Shown here piece after piece: positions 38,201 to 50,130 of a DNA stretch of 64,000 bases. A model generated the notes under the pieces. The model searched no databases. It was not told the DNA's origin and worked only from the letters and a program-made list of their open reading frames with translations. Each line of letters begins with the position of its first letter. Position 1 is the stretch's first letter. This DNA comes from Azolla caroliniana (taxonomy: Eukaryota > Plantae > Polypodiophyta), in contig JBHGNT010000004.1 in the NCBI GenBank assembly GCA_043228905.1, positions 7,440,001 to 7,504,000 of the forward strand, given 5' to 3'. Made by a program: the position numbers and the translations under genes.

Positions 38201-40585
38201 CGATAGTGAGTTCGGCGGCTTCGAGGTACCAATCGGAGCTAAGAAAGCCCTCATCTCTGCAAATGAAAAGCTCCGCCGATCCACTCGTGAAAAGAACCCC
38301 GTAAGCCGATTCAGCTACAACGATTATATGGCGTACCATTACGCCTTTAGGATGAAGGTAGCGACAGTACGGGAGCCGGAAACCTTTTCGGAAGCCGTGA
38401 AGGACTCGCGATGGATCGAAGCAATGAACGAGGAGATGCAGGCACTACGGAAGAACGAGATGTGGGATCTCGTTCCTACATCACCACACAAAAAGGCGAT
38501 TAGATGTAGATGGATCTACAAGGTGAAGTATAACGCTGATGGTTCCGTATATCGCTACAAAATTTGACTCGTAGCGAAAGGATACACTTAGACGCATGGC
38601 GTCGACTACGAAGAGACCTTTGCCCCGGTGGCAAAGATGACGATGGTGCGGACCGTAATTGTGATTGCCGCGGCGAAAGGGTGGCACCTCCATCAAATGG
38701 ACATCAAGAATGCCTTTCTACAAGGCGAATTAGAAGAGGAGGTGTACATGATCCAACCACCCGGCTTCAACTCGAGCACCCATCCGAAAGCTGTTTGCCG
38801 ACTCAAGATGCCACTCTACGGCCTAAAGCAAGCACCGCGTGCTTGGCATTCGAAGATAACGCAATATCTTCATCAAATCGGCTTCCGGATGTCAAAATCG
38901 GACAACTCCCTCTACATACGAAGCGATTCTGCAAGTCTGATCGTCATCATTTTATATATGGATGACCTAGTCATTGGAGGTGAGCATCTTGTCGAAATCA
39001 ATAAAGTCAAATCTCTCCTTTCCGACAAGTTCGAGATGACGAACATGAAGGAGCTCCACTACATTCTCGGCATCGAGGTAATTCGGACTCCGACTGGAAT
39101 CATGATCTCTCAACGACACTACATCCTCAACTTGTTATACAAGTTCGGGATGGCTAAGTGCAAATCCTTGGCAACCCCACTCGATCGTAATCTCAAACTA
39201 GATGCGAACTCCGGCACCAAAGCGTGTGAGCCGACTTAGTATCGGCAACTCATCGGGAGTCTCATCTACCTCACGATCACACGACCCGATCTTAGTTATC
39301 TGGTCGGTCTCCTTAGCCAATTCATGCAAAGACCACGTGATACTCAGTTGGATTGCACTAAGCGAGTTCTACGATACATGAGCGGCACAATGGATTGCGG
39401 CATCCTCTACAAGACCGCGATGCCAATACGATTCGAGGGGTACACAGACGCCGATTGGGCCGGCTACAAAGCCGATAGAAGATCAACCTCCAGATTTTTT
39501 TTCTCCCTCGGCAGTGGAGCAATAACCTGGAGTAGCAAGAAGCAACCCACCGTCGCTCTTTCGAGTACGGATGCGGAATACAGGGGTGCAACCGTAGCTG
39601 TGTGTGAAGCCGTATGGCTCAAGAGGATTTTGAAGGATCTGGGCGTACCCATCAAGGATCCGACTTCCCTTTAGTGCAACAACATGAGCAGTATCTATCT
39701 GGCGCAAAACCCGGTGTTCCACGCGCGGACAAAGCACATCGAAGTGCACTATCACTTCATCCGAGAGCACGTTCTGGCTGGCGATGTCTACCTACAACAC
39801 ATTAGCACCAATCTTCAAACGGCTGACATCTTCACTAAAGCCTTAGGAGCCGACAAGCTATGGCAATTCATGACCAATCTCGGATTGACGATCCCTGACC
39901 TGCCAAGCTTGAAGGGGAGTACTGAAGACACTACGCAATAATGCGTGGATTCTGCAACCACGCAACGAAGCAACAAAGAGCCGATCTACCGCGCAAAACC
40001 GTAAAGAAAGACGCAAGCTGAAGCACAGACTTCGCAACTACGCACGCAAGCTGAAGCACAGACTTCGTAACTACGCACAACACAAGCTGGAGCACGGATT
40101 CCGCAATTCCGCATAAAGCGAGCCGACGTGGACTCCGGAACGCGAGTTGAAGCGGATTTCGGATATCGTCTGAAACCGACCCGACTTGAGCTTGAGGGGG
40201 CGTGTTGAGAATCAAGCTCAGCTTGGTCTAGTGTGTGAACTCACCTTAAGAGTGAAGAGACACTCCAACGGTCCATAGTCACCATTATGTCACCACTTTG
40301 TATTCTAGCATTTAGTATGAGTCATAGAATCATATTCTATGACACATAACTTATGAGCTTTCACATTCCCCATGCTCCATGAGCCTTGTAGTTAATGAAG
40401 AGAGAGGGTGACTACATAAAGCACTCTCCTCCCACCTTGTATAGTGTTGAGTCTTTCTCCTTTGTCAATATACTTTTACCTTGCATATTCTCTGTGTTTC
40501 ACTTACTCTCTCTCTCTCTCTCTTACACACACACATAACTCACATCTCTTCCGCTTCACAAGAATCCATCTCTTGATTCTTTACA
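35263..40585 (+). mobile_element. Ty1/copia element I (D/J lineage); 5' LTR truncated by H
   Basis: 35263-35429 matches 40417-40585; PBS 35430-35441; gag ORF 35604-36740 (CGYCGNLCHHEEEC, WFVDSGASNH); integrase; RT (LYMDDL); RNase H; PPT 40189-40202; 3' LTR 40203-40585. Confidence 0.95.
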
Positions 40586-42558
40586 GCTATACACCCGACA
40601 CCACTAGAAACACCAATATGCACAAACAGATCTAAGTGTTTATATTACAAAGGGGAAAGATACAACCCCGACTTCGAGTCGGGTACGCTCAGAAGAAGAG
40701 AAGTTAGCCCTAACAGCTTTGCCGCCATGGTTGCGGTGCCCGACTTCTCAAGAAGGAGGAGAAGAAGAAGTTACTAACCCTACGAAACATAATGACCATA
40801 GACAAAATTGGTATACCCCTACAACTCAAAATGGGCAACCCCTTCACAAGAGACCCCTCCCTTCCTTTTATAGCCCAAGGAGGGAGAGACGTTACAATGT
40901 GGGATAAATTCTCCTCCTTATTGTATACACCATTTTACACTATACATGTGCACATGTTGCACATTGCCGACTTGCCCATTCCACCCCGGTTTCTCACTAT
41001 AGCTGGAAATATTCACGACATCGTATTGCCGCAATGCTTTCCTCATTGAGTTTGTAGAAACCTCGGCTGTCTTTCCTTCGGTTCTCCCAGTCCGCCCGAT
41101 AGGTACGCAACTCCGCCGCTTGTGTAGCCCACACCATCCAGCCTTTGTCTAACGCCGCTTGTAATTGCACCGTAAACCTCTCCCAATTTGTTTGAAGAAG
41201 TATGCGCACGTTGTCAGTTATTACTTGGAAGCGGTTATGCACTTCTTTTAGGGTTTTCTTGAGGTTTTCAATTTCTTGCTTATTGACCACAACCGCTTCC
41301 TCGTAATTGCTCTTCATTCCTGCCCATAACTGAGATTCCTTCGAGTGTAATTCCCCTCTAGCTTTCCCATTTCATTGTTCAAGCGGATTTCGACCTGATG
41401 CCTCACCTCCTGTTCCTGTATGAGCTGCTCTTCGTACCAAACTTTCTTCTTTTCCAATAACGCCCGGAGTCCAGTGATCGCCGTTTCCGATTTTTGCGCT
41501 TGCTCCCGTAGTTTGGTGTTTTCTTCTTTCGTGCGGGTGTGTGCTATTGCCTCCGCTCTGAGTTTCTCTTCGAGGGTCTTCACTGCCTTTCGGCCTTTGG
41601 CCCGGATGTCTTTTTCTCTGTCGGAGGATTGGCAGAGTTCGGAGTGGAGGCGGTCAATCTCGGATTCCGCCAACTGCATGGCCCTCTCTGCTTTTGAGGC
41701 AATGGCAGTCTACGCTTCAACCTCTTCTCTTAGGGACTGGGCCTCAGCGGTGTTGTCTGTTGGTCAATATTCCTGTAGTGTTGTAGTTGCGTTCCGTTCC
41801 AGCTCCACGATGCATTCGTTGGCCTTTTGTAGCTCAACTTGGGTCTGTTTAATTGTTTTCCCGACATTTTTGTTTTTAATCGCCATATCTTTGGCACCGA
41901 TACTGACCTTAGCCAATTCCCTATGAACCTCGATGAGGGCTGCGTTTAATGGGGGTAGTTCAATTCCCATTCGGTGTATACTGACATTCCGCTATCTGCC
42001 TACTCTAGCTAGCAGCCCCTCATCATCGCTTTCCGCCATTTGTGTTTGCGCGCACTCAATCATTTATTGTTCTACGTGCTCCTCAGCCATTCGTTGTGAG
42101 ACTTTTATTTGTTGCGTTGCCAAAAATTCCATGAGTTCGTAAGTAGTTTCGAACTGTAATAGTGCGTCGAACTCATGGGCTGTGTCCGGAATGTCCGGAT
42201 ACTTCAGGACCTCGCTTTCCACCGTAAATACGCCTTTGCCCCACTGTGACTAGGCCATAATGATCGGCTATGGTTCTTGGATTATTTCGAAAGTGGTGTT
42301 GGGCTCCTTAGCTACGAAACTATCAACCACAACAGTCGCCTCAATGGCCACAAGTGTGTCTTTAACTAATCTGCGCCCATCTTTCCTGTCCAGCCTCCGC
42401 CGTTTCGGCCTTGGGCTTTCCTAGCATTGCTCGACTTCCTACTCTTGCGGAGTTTCCTCCCTGCACTCCAGCCGTTCTTCCTGTGTTGTCCGCGTGCTAG
42501 GCTGGGCCGATTGGGGTTCATCCTCCCATTGCGTGGTGGCCAACTCCGCTAACCTCCG

Positions 42559-45500
42559 TGTTAAGGATTAGGTAAACCCTAAACCCTAAACCCTAAACCC
42601 TTTATGGTCAACACACTAACTAGATTCTATCTAGGTAACTACTAAGTTACATGTGTTGACTAACTAACTAAACTAAGTTGAGCTTGATCTCTCAACACGC
42701 CCCCTCAAGCTCAAGTGTGAGGAGTCCCATATTCCACGTTGTTTTCGGCGTTGTCCAACTTTCGATGTCGGCTTTTGCGCGGTTTCCGTCCGGCTTTCGG
42801 CTTCGTTCGTTGTGGCAATCTCAAGTCCTCCCCCTCAAGCCGGTGACAAAGGCTTGTAGCGTGTGGGTGAAGGTCGACTACTTCCACCCATCGTGGGTTA
42901 CGAGCCGCTTCGGTGGAGCTTTTGGGCTCTTTTTCGACCGCTACCTTCATCGCAAAGGTGTAATGATGGGCCATATACTCGTTGTAGCCGAGCTGCGTGA
43001 CGGGGTTCTTAGCTCTAGATAAGCGTCAAAGTTTTTCGCTCGCCGATGTGAGCGCCTTCTTTACTCCGGGTGTCCACATGATGGGTACACCGAACTCTCT
43101 ATCTAGTGAGGGACCCGATCCATCCGAATCATTGTCGTTGGGGTGATCGACTTCCTATTCGGGCATCTTACCTGTGCCTTTGTCCAAGTTCGTACTTGGC
43201 AACGACGTGCTTGGGTCGCGTGGGGGCTCTTGTGGCCCACTAAGCTCGGTCGTAATCGAACTTTCTTCGAACATGTGTTCGAAGCGATCTCCATCTTCTA
43301 CCTCTTGTTCAACGTACCATGATGCGGACTCGTTGAAGACTATGTCTCAACTTACCCGAACCACTTGGGTAGAAGGGTTGTAACACTTGTACACCTTCTT
43401 CTCGAACGAGTATCCTATGAGCATGCATTCCTCCGACTTCACATTGGGCTTTTGTCATTGTTCGTTCGGGATACGTACATTCGCAATGCTTTCGAACACC
43501 TTGAGGTGCGACAAGATCGGCTTCCTTCCGACGAGGAGCTCGAATGGAGTTAGGTCATGGACTCCATTGGTGGTGCACCAGTTCATGAGATAGACGGTTG
43601 TGGATGCCGATTCGGCCCAATAGAAATTCGGCATGTGCTTCTCATGCATTATGGCGCATGCTACCTTGAGTATTTGCTGATTCTTCCTTTCGGCTACTCC
43701 ATTTTTTTGGGGTGTGTGTCGGCACAAGAATTCTCTCCAAATGCCTTCACTTTGGAGGTAGGAGGTGAATTCCTCAGAGAAGTACTCCTTTCCTCCATCC
43801 AATCGTAGGCATCGAATGCCGACCGGTTTCTTTTTCGACTTGCCCTTTGAGCTTTTGGAAGTGGGAGAACACTTCACTCTTCTTCTTCTTCATCGGGTAG
43901 ATCCACGCGTAGCGTGAGTAGTCGTCGACGAAGGTTACGTAGTATCGGCATCTGCCGATCGTCGGCGTTTGAGCCGGTCCCCATACATCCGAGTGTACGA
44001 CGTCGAGGAGGCCTTTGCTTGCGTAGCTCTCCTTCGGGAATGGGAGTTGATGTTGTTTGCCGAGTTGACACGCTTCGCATACTCGATCGACTCGTTTTGA
44101 CTCAAATGTCGGAAGTCCGACGACGACTCCCTTTGTTTGCATAGCTTGGAGCCGTTGGAGGTTGATGTGGCCGATTCTTTTGTCTCGATGTTCGTCTCGT
44201 TTTTGAGACCTTTAGCGTACATTGCCGATTTCACCTCGTTCGAATCGAGGATGAACATTCAGCCTTCTCTCCGCCCCTTAGCTATGACTCGACCATCTTT
44301 CTCGATGAAGCATCCTTCTTTGTTGAAGCGGACTTGCATGCCTTGCACGATTTGGCCGACCGAGACCAAATTCTTTGTTATTGTGGGCACGTGCAAGACA
44401 TTCTTGATGCATGTTTGCTCACCTTCTTTCCCGAATGGAACATTGCCGATGTGCCGAATGGAATGTGTGGTGTCGTCTCCAATCTCTATAAAGCCGGGTC
44501 GATCCGGCATTCGTAAATTGCGAAACCACTCTTCGTGGGATGTCATGTAATGTGAGACGCTGGAATCTATGAACCACATGTCTTTTGGATTGGAGATGCT
44601 TGCGGAGTTGGAAGCCGTCATAGAGTTCGCTCTATGCCGCATTACGAATACTCCGCCGTAATCCTCATATTCGACGTTGTTGGCGTAGTTTGTGAGTTGT
44701 CGGCTTGTCAACGCCAACTTGCTTCTTTTCTTCCGACACTCCGCCTCATAGTGGTCGATTTTGCCGTAATAATTGCAAGTTGCGGGCCTCGTTTGCCGAC
44801 CTTGTTCGGCTTGGAAGCTCCCCCTTCTTTCGAAGGTTCCTCGATGGCTTCCTCTTCTACCACCACGACCTCTTCCACGACCACCGTCAGAATTCGAGAA
44901 GAACATTTGTCCTTTTGTTGCCTTGCTTTTGGTTCGGACGTGGTTTTCTTCGACCAATAACATCGATTGGAGGTCAAAGAACGAAGGAGGGTTATCTCTC
45001 GCCAAGATTGCCATCCGTATTGGATCAAATCGTTGTGCGAGGCCGCCCAAGCATACTTGAACCATCTTGTCTTCATCGACGTTTATGTTGATGGAGCCAA
45101 GCGAGTCACAAATGCTCTTGATTTTGGCGGTGTAGTCCGACACGGACATGTCTTTTTGCCGAATGTTATTCAACTCTTGCCGGAGTTGAAGTTTGGGGGC
45201 GTTCGTGTTGGCGGCGAACATTTTCTTTAAGTTTTCCCACGCCTCTTTAGGCGTCTTGGCATCTCGAATGTGGCTAAGCATATGGTCATGGACACATGTT
45301 GCCAAGCAATACATTACCCGACTCGCTTCTTGCTCCCACGTTGGGTAGTTGGCGTTTGTGTTGTCGGGCTTGTTCTCGAGTGTGTCATTGATGTAGCTCG
45401 AATACCCTTGGCCGACGAGGTATGGGGTCATCTTGTACTACCAAGATGAATAATTTCTCCGGTCTAGCTTTTCGCTAGGGAGCGAGCTACCCATTTGTGT

Positions 45501-46133
45501 GTTCATGTTGTTTTGTGTCATCCTTGTTGGCTCTTCTTTCTTCGATCATGTACTTATGCTACGTAGTGGCACTACGGTAGCGGATGGCCAGAATTTGTCG
45601 TCGGCGTTTTGAACACACAATCACGGAGTGTCGAGTGGGCTTAGTGGATATGCTAAACCACACGCTCTGATACCATGTTAAGGATTAGGTAATTAATTAA
45701 GGAATAATTAATACCTAATTATGTGATTAAGTTAAGTGATTATGTAGCGGAAGATTAAGTGATATGTGCGTGTATGTGTGCATGAGAGGAAGAGAGAGAG
45801 AAGTACACTTATGAACACAAAAACAAGATGAGGGATGATAAAGTATATTAAAAGGTAAATATCATCAACTATCATCAAATACAAAAATACCTTCAATGAG
45901 GTATATATAGGTTTCATGTGCAAGGGTGCACATGTGCTAGGAGAATATAGGTACAACGTGTAAGTCCTTTATTAAATGAGCATGGAGTGGTGGATCTACA
46001 ATGTATCCCACTCGAGTACAAAATCTTATTTAAGGCTTTATGGTCAACACACTAACTAGATTCTATCTAGGTAACTACTAAGTTACATGTGTTGACTAAC
46101 TAACTAAACTAAGTTGAGCTTGATCTCTCAACA
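42559..46133 (-). mobile_element. Ty1/copia element J (D/I lineage) lacking RT and RNase H
   Basis: LTRs 42559-42697 (internally deleted) and 45676-46133; TSD CTCCG/GTCCG; PBS 45664-45675; gag ORF 44259-45431; integrase pieces. Sequence jumps at ~42880 from NPRWVE to the pol tail. Confidence 0.93.
42574..42601. repeat. Interstitial telomeric repeat (AAACCCT)4
   Basis: Four perfect Arabidopsis-type units inside the J 3' LTR, absent from the J 5' LTR. Confidence 0.95.
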
Positions 46134-47055
46134 GTCCGTTTCGCGGAACGTGGCGGCGGCGTGGGTTTGTTGCGCTGTGGTGCGGGCAGAACTCGGGGTG
46201 GGAATAGTATCGTCAGATATTGTTGTATGATTGGCCTTAGCTTTTTGCCACCCTAATACGTGTGCAAGCCCTCTCGTAACGCTCATCCCGTAATGACCCC
46301 CCAATCGATCGTGCGCCCTTCAAAGGTATCAATGATGATGTCTGCCTTCTGCTTTGGCATCCCATTGGCATTTACATGCACGCATCTAGCCTCCAACAAG
46401 AACTTGGCTATTTCGCGAAAGAAGGGGTTGGGGATTTCCTTCGTCCTGTATGCCTTGGCAGACGCCGAATATGCCTTGAAATATCTCTGCAAGGTTTCTG
46501 CAGGAGGGATGTCGAAATCTCTTTCTCCAAGCGATGACAGGTCAAGCTTCTACCGGATGGATGTGGTGGTGACCGTGTCGATATTGAGTTTCCTAGCAAT
46601 GTCCAGGGCTTCAAGGTGAGCGGGTGCCTCAGCGACTTTGATGTATCCATCTAGGCATTTTTCGACGAACCATCTTTGCAAGGCGGCAGAAATAGGGATC
46701 GGCATAGTAGGTGGGTGAGAGTCTTGGGTAGAGGGTGAGGTATGCTAGCTATGGCGAACGTGAGCTCTGTGCTATGATGGAGAGGAAGGTGAGTGAGGAG
46801 AGCGATGAGAGCGATGAGGGTTAGACGATTGGTTTCTGTACTATGCAAAAAACCTTCTATTTTCTTCTTTTTGTGGCCTAGGGTTCATTGGTCTGTGAGA
46901 CATCGTGGTGCCACGTGTTCTTGCTCTAGAAGTTTGTGTATGCATGAAGTCCTTTTAATAGTGTCGCTATCTTCTCTTCTTCTTTTTTTCTTTTCTTTTT
47001 GTAACGGTTACATACAATGTTATGTTTACACTATAGTACAAGTAGGTCTCTATAA

Positions 47056-47196
47056 TTACTCCACGGATTCTCCGGCTTTGTCCTCTCCGGCGGGGAACGG
47101 GTTAGGTGGCATTGGTCCCAGGTAAGGTTTTAGGCGAAACCCATTCACCTTTTGTCGTAGCACTTCTTTGGCCAAGGTGCCAAGTTGAAATGTGTC
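47056..47196 (-). pseudogene. Gypsy (Athila/Tat-like) integrase C-terminal fragment
   Basis: DTFQLGTLAKEVLRQKVNGFRLKPY resembles the VNGxRLKxY tail of non-chromovirus integrases. Confidence 0.75.
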
Positions 47197-47499
47197 GGGC
47201 TGGTCTTCAACTTTCCTTCTATTATTGTTCGTTCGGCTCCATTCTTCTTGGTTGCTGGTCTGTAAAAGAATATGTGATACACAAAATGCACACAAAATAA
47301 CAGAATTCTGGATTCCAAGCTTGAGGATACAGATCCGTGAACGCCTTCCTGAAAAATAGTCAGAACAACTATGACTACAACAACTTCTCGAACCCAACGA
47401 AGATAGGGTACTAACAATGGCGGTTCTGGAATAGGAACAATGTCGTCACAAAGCGTTCGTCGACCGGCATCAAGGGGTTACGAGAAATCTTTCAAAATC

Positions 47500-47784
47500 A
47501 TAAAGGCCGTACTCGTGTTCCAAACAGGCATGGGGGAAATGCTGGGCAAGGTCCAATTCCGGTGGAGCGGGGCGTATTGGATAGTCAACGTTGAAAACGA
47601 CACCTTCAAGCTCAACACTCTCGCTGGGGAAATTTTACGACAAAAGGTCAAAGACTTTCGACTCAAACCATACTTGGAACCCACACCCCCAAATCCGTTC
47701 AGGAACACCGTGGGGTTAACGAGTGGAAACGTTGTCCCACTCCCTACCAAATCAATCTCGGGCGGGGAACCCACCCCTCATTAA
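47500..47784 (+). pseudogene. Second, inverted gypsy integrase C-terminal fragment
   Basis: KVQFRWSGAYWI..DTFKLNTLAGEILRQKVKDFRLKPY (GPY/F module). Confidence 0.78.
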
Positions 47785-47880
47785 ATCGAACGCCACTATG
47801 TAATAATGTACTATTAATGTAACATATTAACAACCATTACCGTTACATATGATATAAAAAAACAAAACAAGAAAAGGAAA

Positions 47881-50022
47881 TTGAATCAAAGCCAACAAAG
47901 TAGGCTATGATATGACCTAAAAAAATCTTAGTTTCAAAATTTAGGGTGAGAGACATCAAGGAAAAAGTAATGTTGTGGCAGAAATCATGCAAGGACAGAC
48001 AAGAGCGCCCACGTGAATCAAAAAGTTCATAGCATCCTCATATGATATCAGATTTCAGAGTTCAAAGAGTTGAATCAAAGCCAACGAAGTAGGCTATAAT
48101 ATGACCTAATAAAATGTAAGTTTAGAAATTCATGGCGAGCGATATGAAGGAAAAAGTAAAGTTGTGGTAGTAGTCATGCAGGGGTAAACAAGAGCGCCCA
48201 CATATCCTCATAGCATCCTCATATGATATTGGATTTTAGAGTTCAAATAATTAAATCAAAACCAACGAAGTAGGCTATGATATATCCTATTAAAATCTAA
48301 GTTTCGAAATTCATGGCGAGAATCATGAAGGGAAAAGTAAAGTTGTGGCAAAAGTCATGTAGGGGCAAACAAGAGCGCCCATGTGAATCAAAAACCTCAT
48401 ACCATCCTCATATGATATCGGATTTCAGAGTTCAAATATTTGAATCAAAGTCAACAAAGTAGGCTATAATATAACCTAATAAAATCTAAGTTCTGAAATT
48501 AAGGCCAAGATACATGAAGGAAAATGTAAAGTTGTGGTAGAAGTCATGGAGGGGCAAACAAGAGCGACCATGTGAATCAAAAAGCTCATAACATCCTCAT
48601 ATGATATCGGTTTTGAGAATTCAAATAGGTGAATCAAAGCCAATGAAGCAGGCTATGATATGGCATGATAAAATATGAATTTCAAAATTCAAGTTGAGAC
48701 ACATGAAGGAAAAAGTAAAGTTGTGGCAGAAATCATGCAAAGACAGAGAAGAGCGCCCACATGAATCAAAAAGCTCATAGCGTCCTCGTATGATATTTGA
48801 TTTTAGAGTTTTTAACCATCCTCATATAATATTGGATTTTAGAGTTCAAGTAGTTGAATCAAAGCCAACAAAGTAGGCTATGATATGACCTAATAAAATA
48901 TAAGTTTTGAAATCCAGGGCAAGAAAAATGAAGGAAAAAGGAAAGTTGTTGCAGACGTCATGTAGGGGCAAACAAGAGCACCCACGTGAATCAAAAAGCT
49001 CATAGCGTCCTCATATGATATCGGATTTCAGAGTTCAAATAGTTCAATCAAAGCCAACAAAGTAGGCTATGATCTGACCTAATAAAATATAAGTTTTGAA
49101 ATTCAGGCCAAGAGACATGAAGGAAAAAATAAACTTGTGGTAGAAGTCATGCAGGGGCGAACAAGAATGCTCACATGTATCAAAATGCTCTTAGCATCCT
49201 CATATGATATCGGATTTAAGAGTCCAAAACGTTGAATCAAAGCCAACGAACTAGGCTATGATATGGCCTAATAAAATCTAAGTTTTGAAATTCAGGCCAA
49301 GAGACATGAAGGAAAAAGTAAAGTTGTTGCAGAAGTTATGGAGGGGCAAACAAGAGCGCCCACATAAATCAAAAAGCTCATATCATCCTCATATGATATT
49401 GGATTTCAGAGTTCAAATTGGTGAATCAAAGCCAAAGAAGTAGGCTATGATATGACCTACTGAAATCTAAGTTTTGTAATTTAGGGCAAGAGACATGAAG
49501 GAAAATGTAAATATGTGGCAGAAGTCATGCAGGGGCAAACAAGAGCGCTCACATGAATAAAAAAGCTCATATCATCCTCATATGATATCGGATTTCAGAG
49601 TTCAAATAGTTGACTCAAAGCCAACAAAGCAGGCTATGATATGAACTAATAAAATCTAAGTTCTGAAATTTAGGTCAATACACATGAAGGAAAAAATAAA
49701 GTTGTGGTAGAAGTCATGCAGGGGTAAACAAGAGCGCTCACATGAATCAAAAAGCTCATAGCATCCTCATATGATATCTAATTTCAGAATTCACATAGTG
49801 GAATCAAAACCAACGAACTAGGCTATGATATGACCTAATAAAATCTAAATTTGAAATTCACGGTGAGAGATATGAAGAAAAAGGAAAGTTGTGGCAGAAG
49901 TCATGAAGGGGCAAACAAGAGCGCCCATGTGAATTAAAAAGCTCATAGCATCCTCATATGATATCGGAGTACAGAGTTCAAATAGTTGAATCAAAGACAA
50001 CGAAGCAGGCTATGATATGACA
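47881..50022. repeat. Tandem satellite-like array, 189-bp monomer, about 11 copies
   Basis: TGAATCAAAGCCAAC-type starts at 47882, 48071, 48252, 48441, 48630, 48855, 49044, 49233, 49422, 49611, 49800 and 49987. Confidence 0.97.
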
Positions 50023-50103
50023 ACTACAAAATCGAATGTACAAATGTACAACTACAAGTCGAAATTAAATAAGGGCCATTTTTGTAAGTTCTCAAATGTA
50101 CAA

Positions 50104-50130
50104 CTAAACCCTAAACCCTAAACCCTAAAC
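50104..50130. repeat. Interstitial telomeric repeat, ~3.7 units of CTAAACC
   Basis: CTAAACCCTAAACCCTAAACCCTAAAC seen directly. Confidence 0.9.

Larger units (their letters stand above)
28390..41020 (-). mobile_element. Element G: relative of family A with no recognisable gag-pol, interrupted by H and I
   Basis: ~28570-28676 matches ~40912-41020, both ending CACGACA like the A LTR. PPT-like TCTACCCCCACCAAACCGCAC at 28677 matches A at 410. PBS-like TTGGTG at ~40611-40616. Candidate TSD TCGCA/TCGTA. Confidence 0.62.
28009..46705 (-). pseudogene. Gypsy-associated extra ORF (K), split into 46134-46705, 41021-42558 and ~28009-28389
   Basis: Begins MPIPISAALQRWFVEKCLDGY, ~350 bp downstream of a gypsy integrase tail. 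Contains coiled-coil ORFs 41764-41970, 41314-41679 and 40997-41317. Reading MRKALRQY/EDLA*DY..EELAQLLDDF continues across the G insertion. Confidence 0.6.

Noticed and set aside
47881-50022. Coding repeat (189 bp = 63 codons)
   Set aside because: Stops occur in all plus frames of the monomer, the ORF track shows no ORF here, and frame-breaking indels exist between monomers.
50104-50130. True chromosome end or telomere fusion site
   Set aside because: Fewer than 4 units, a single orientation and no head-to-head arrangement.
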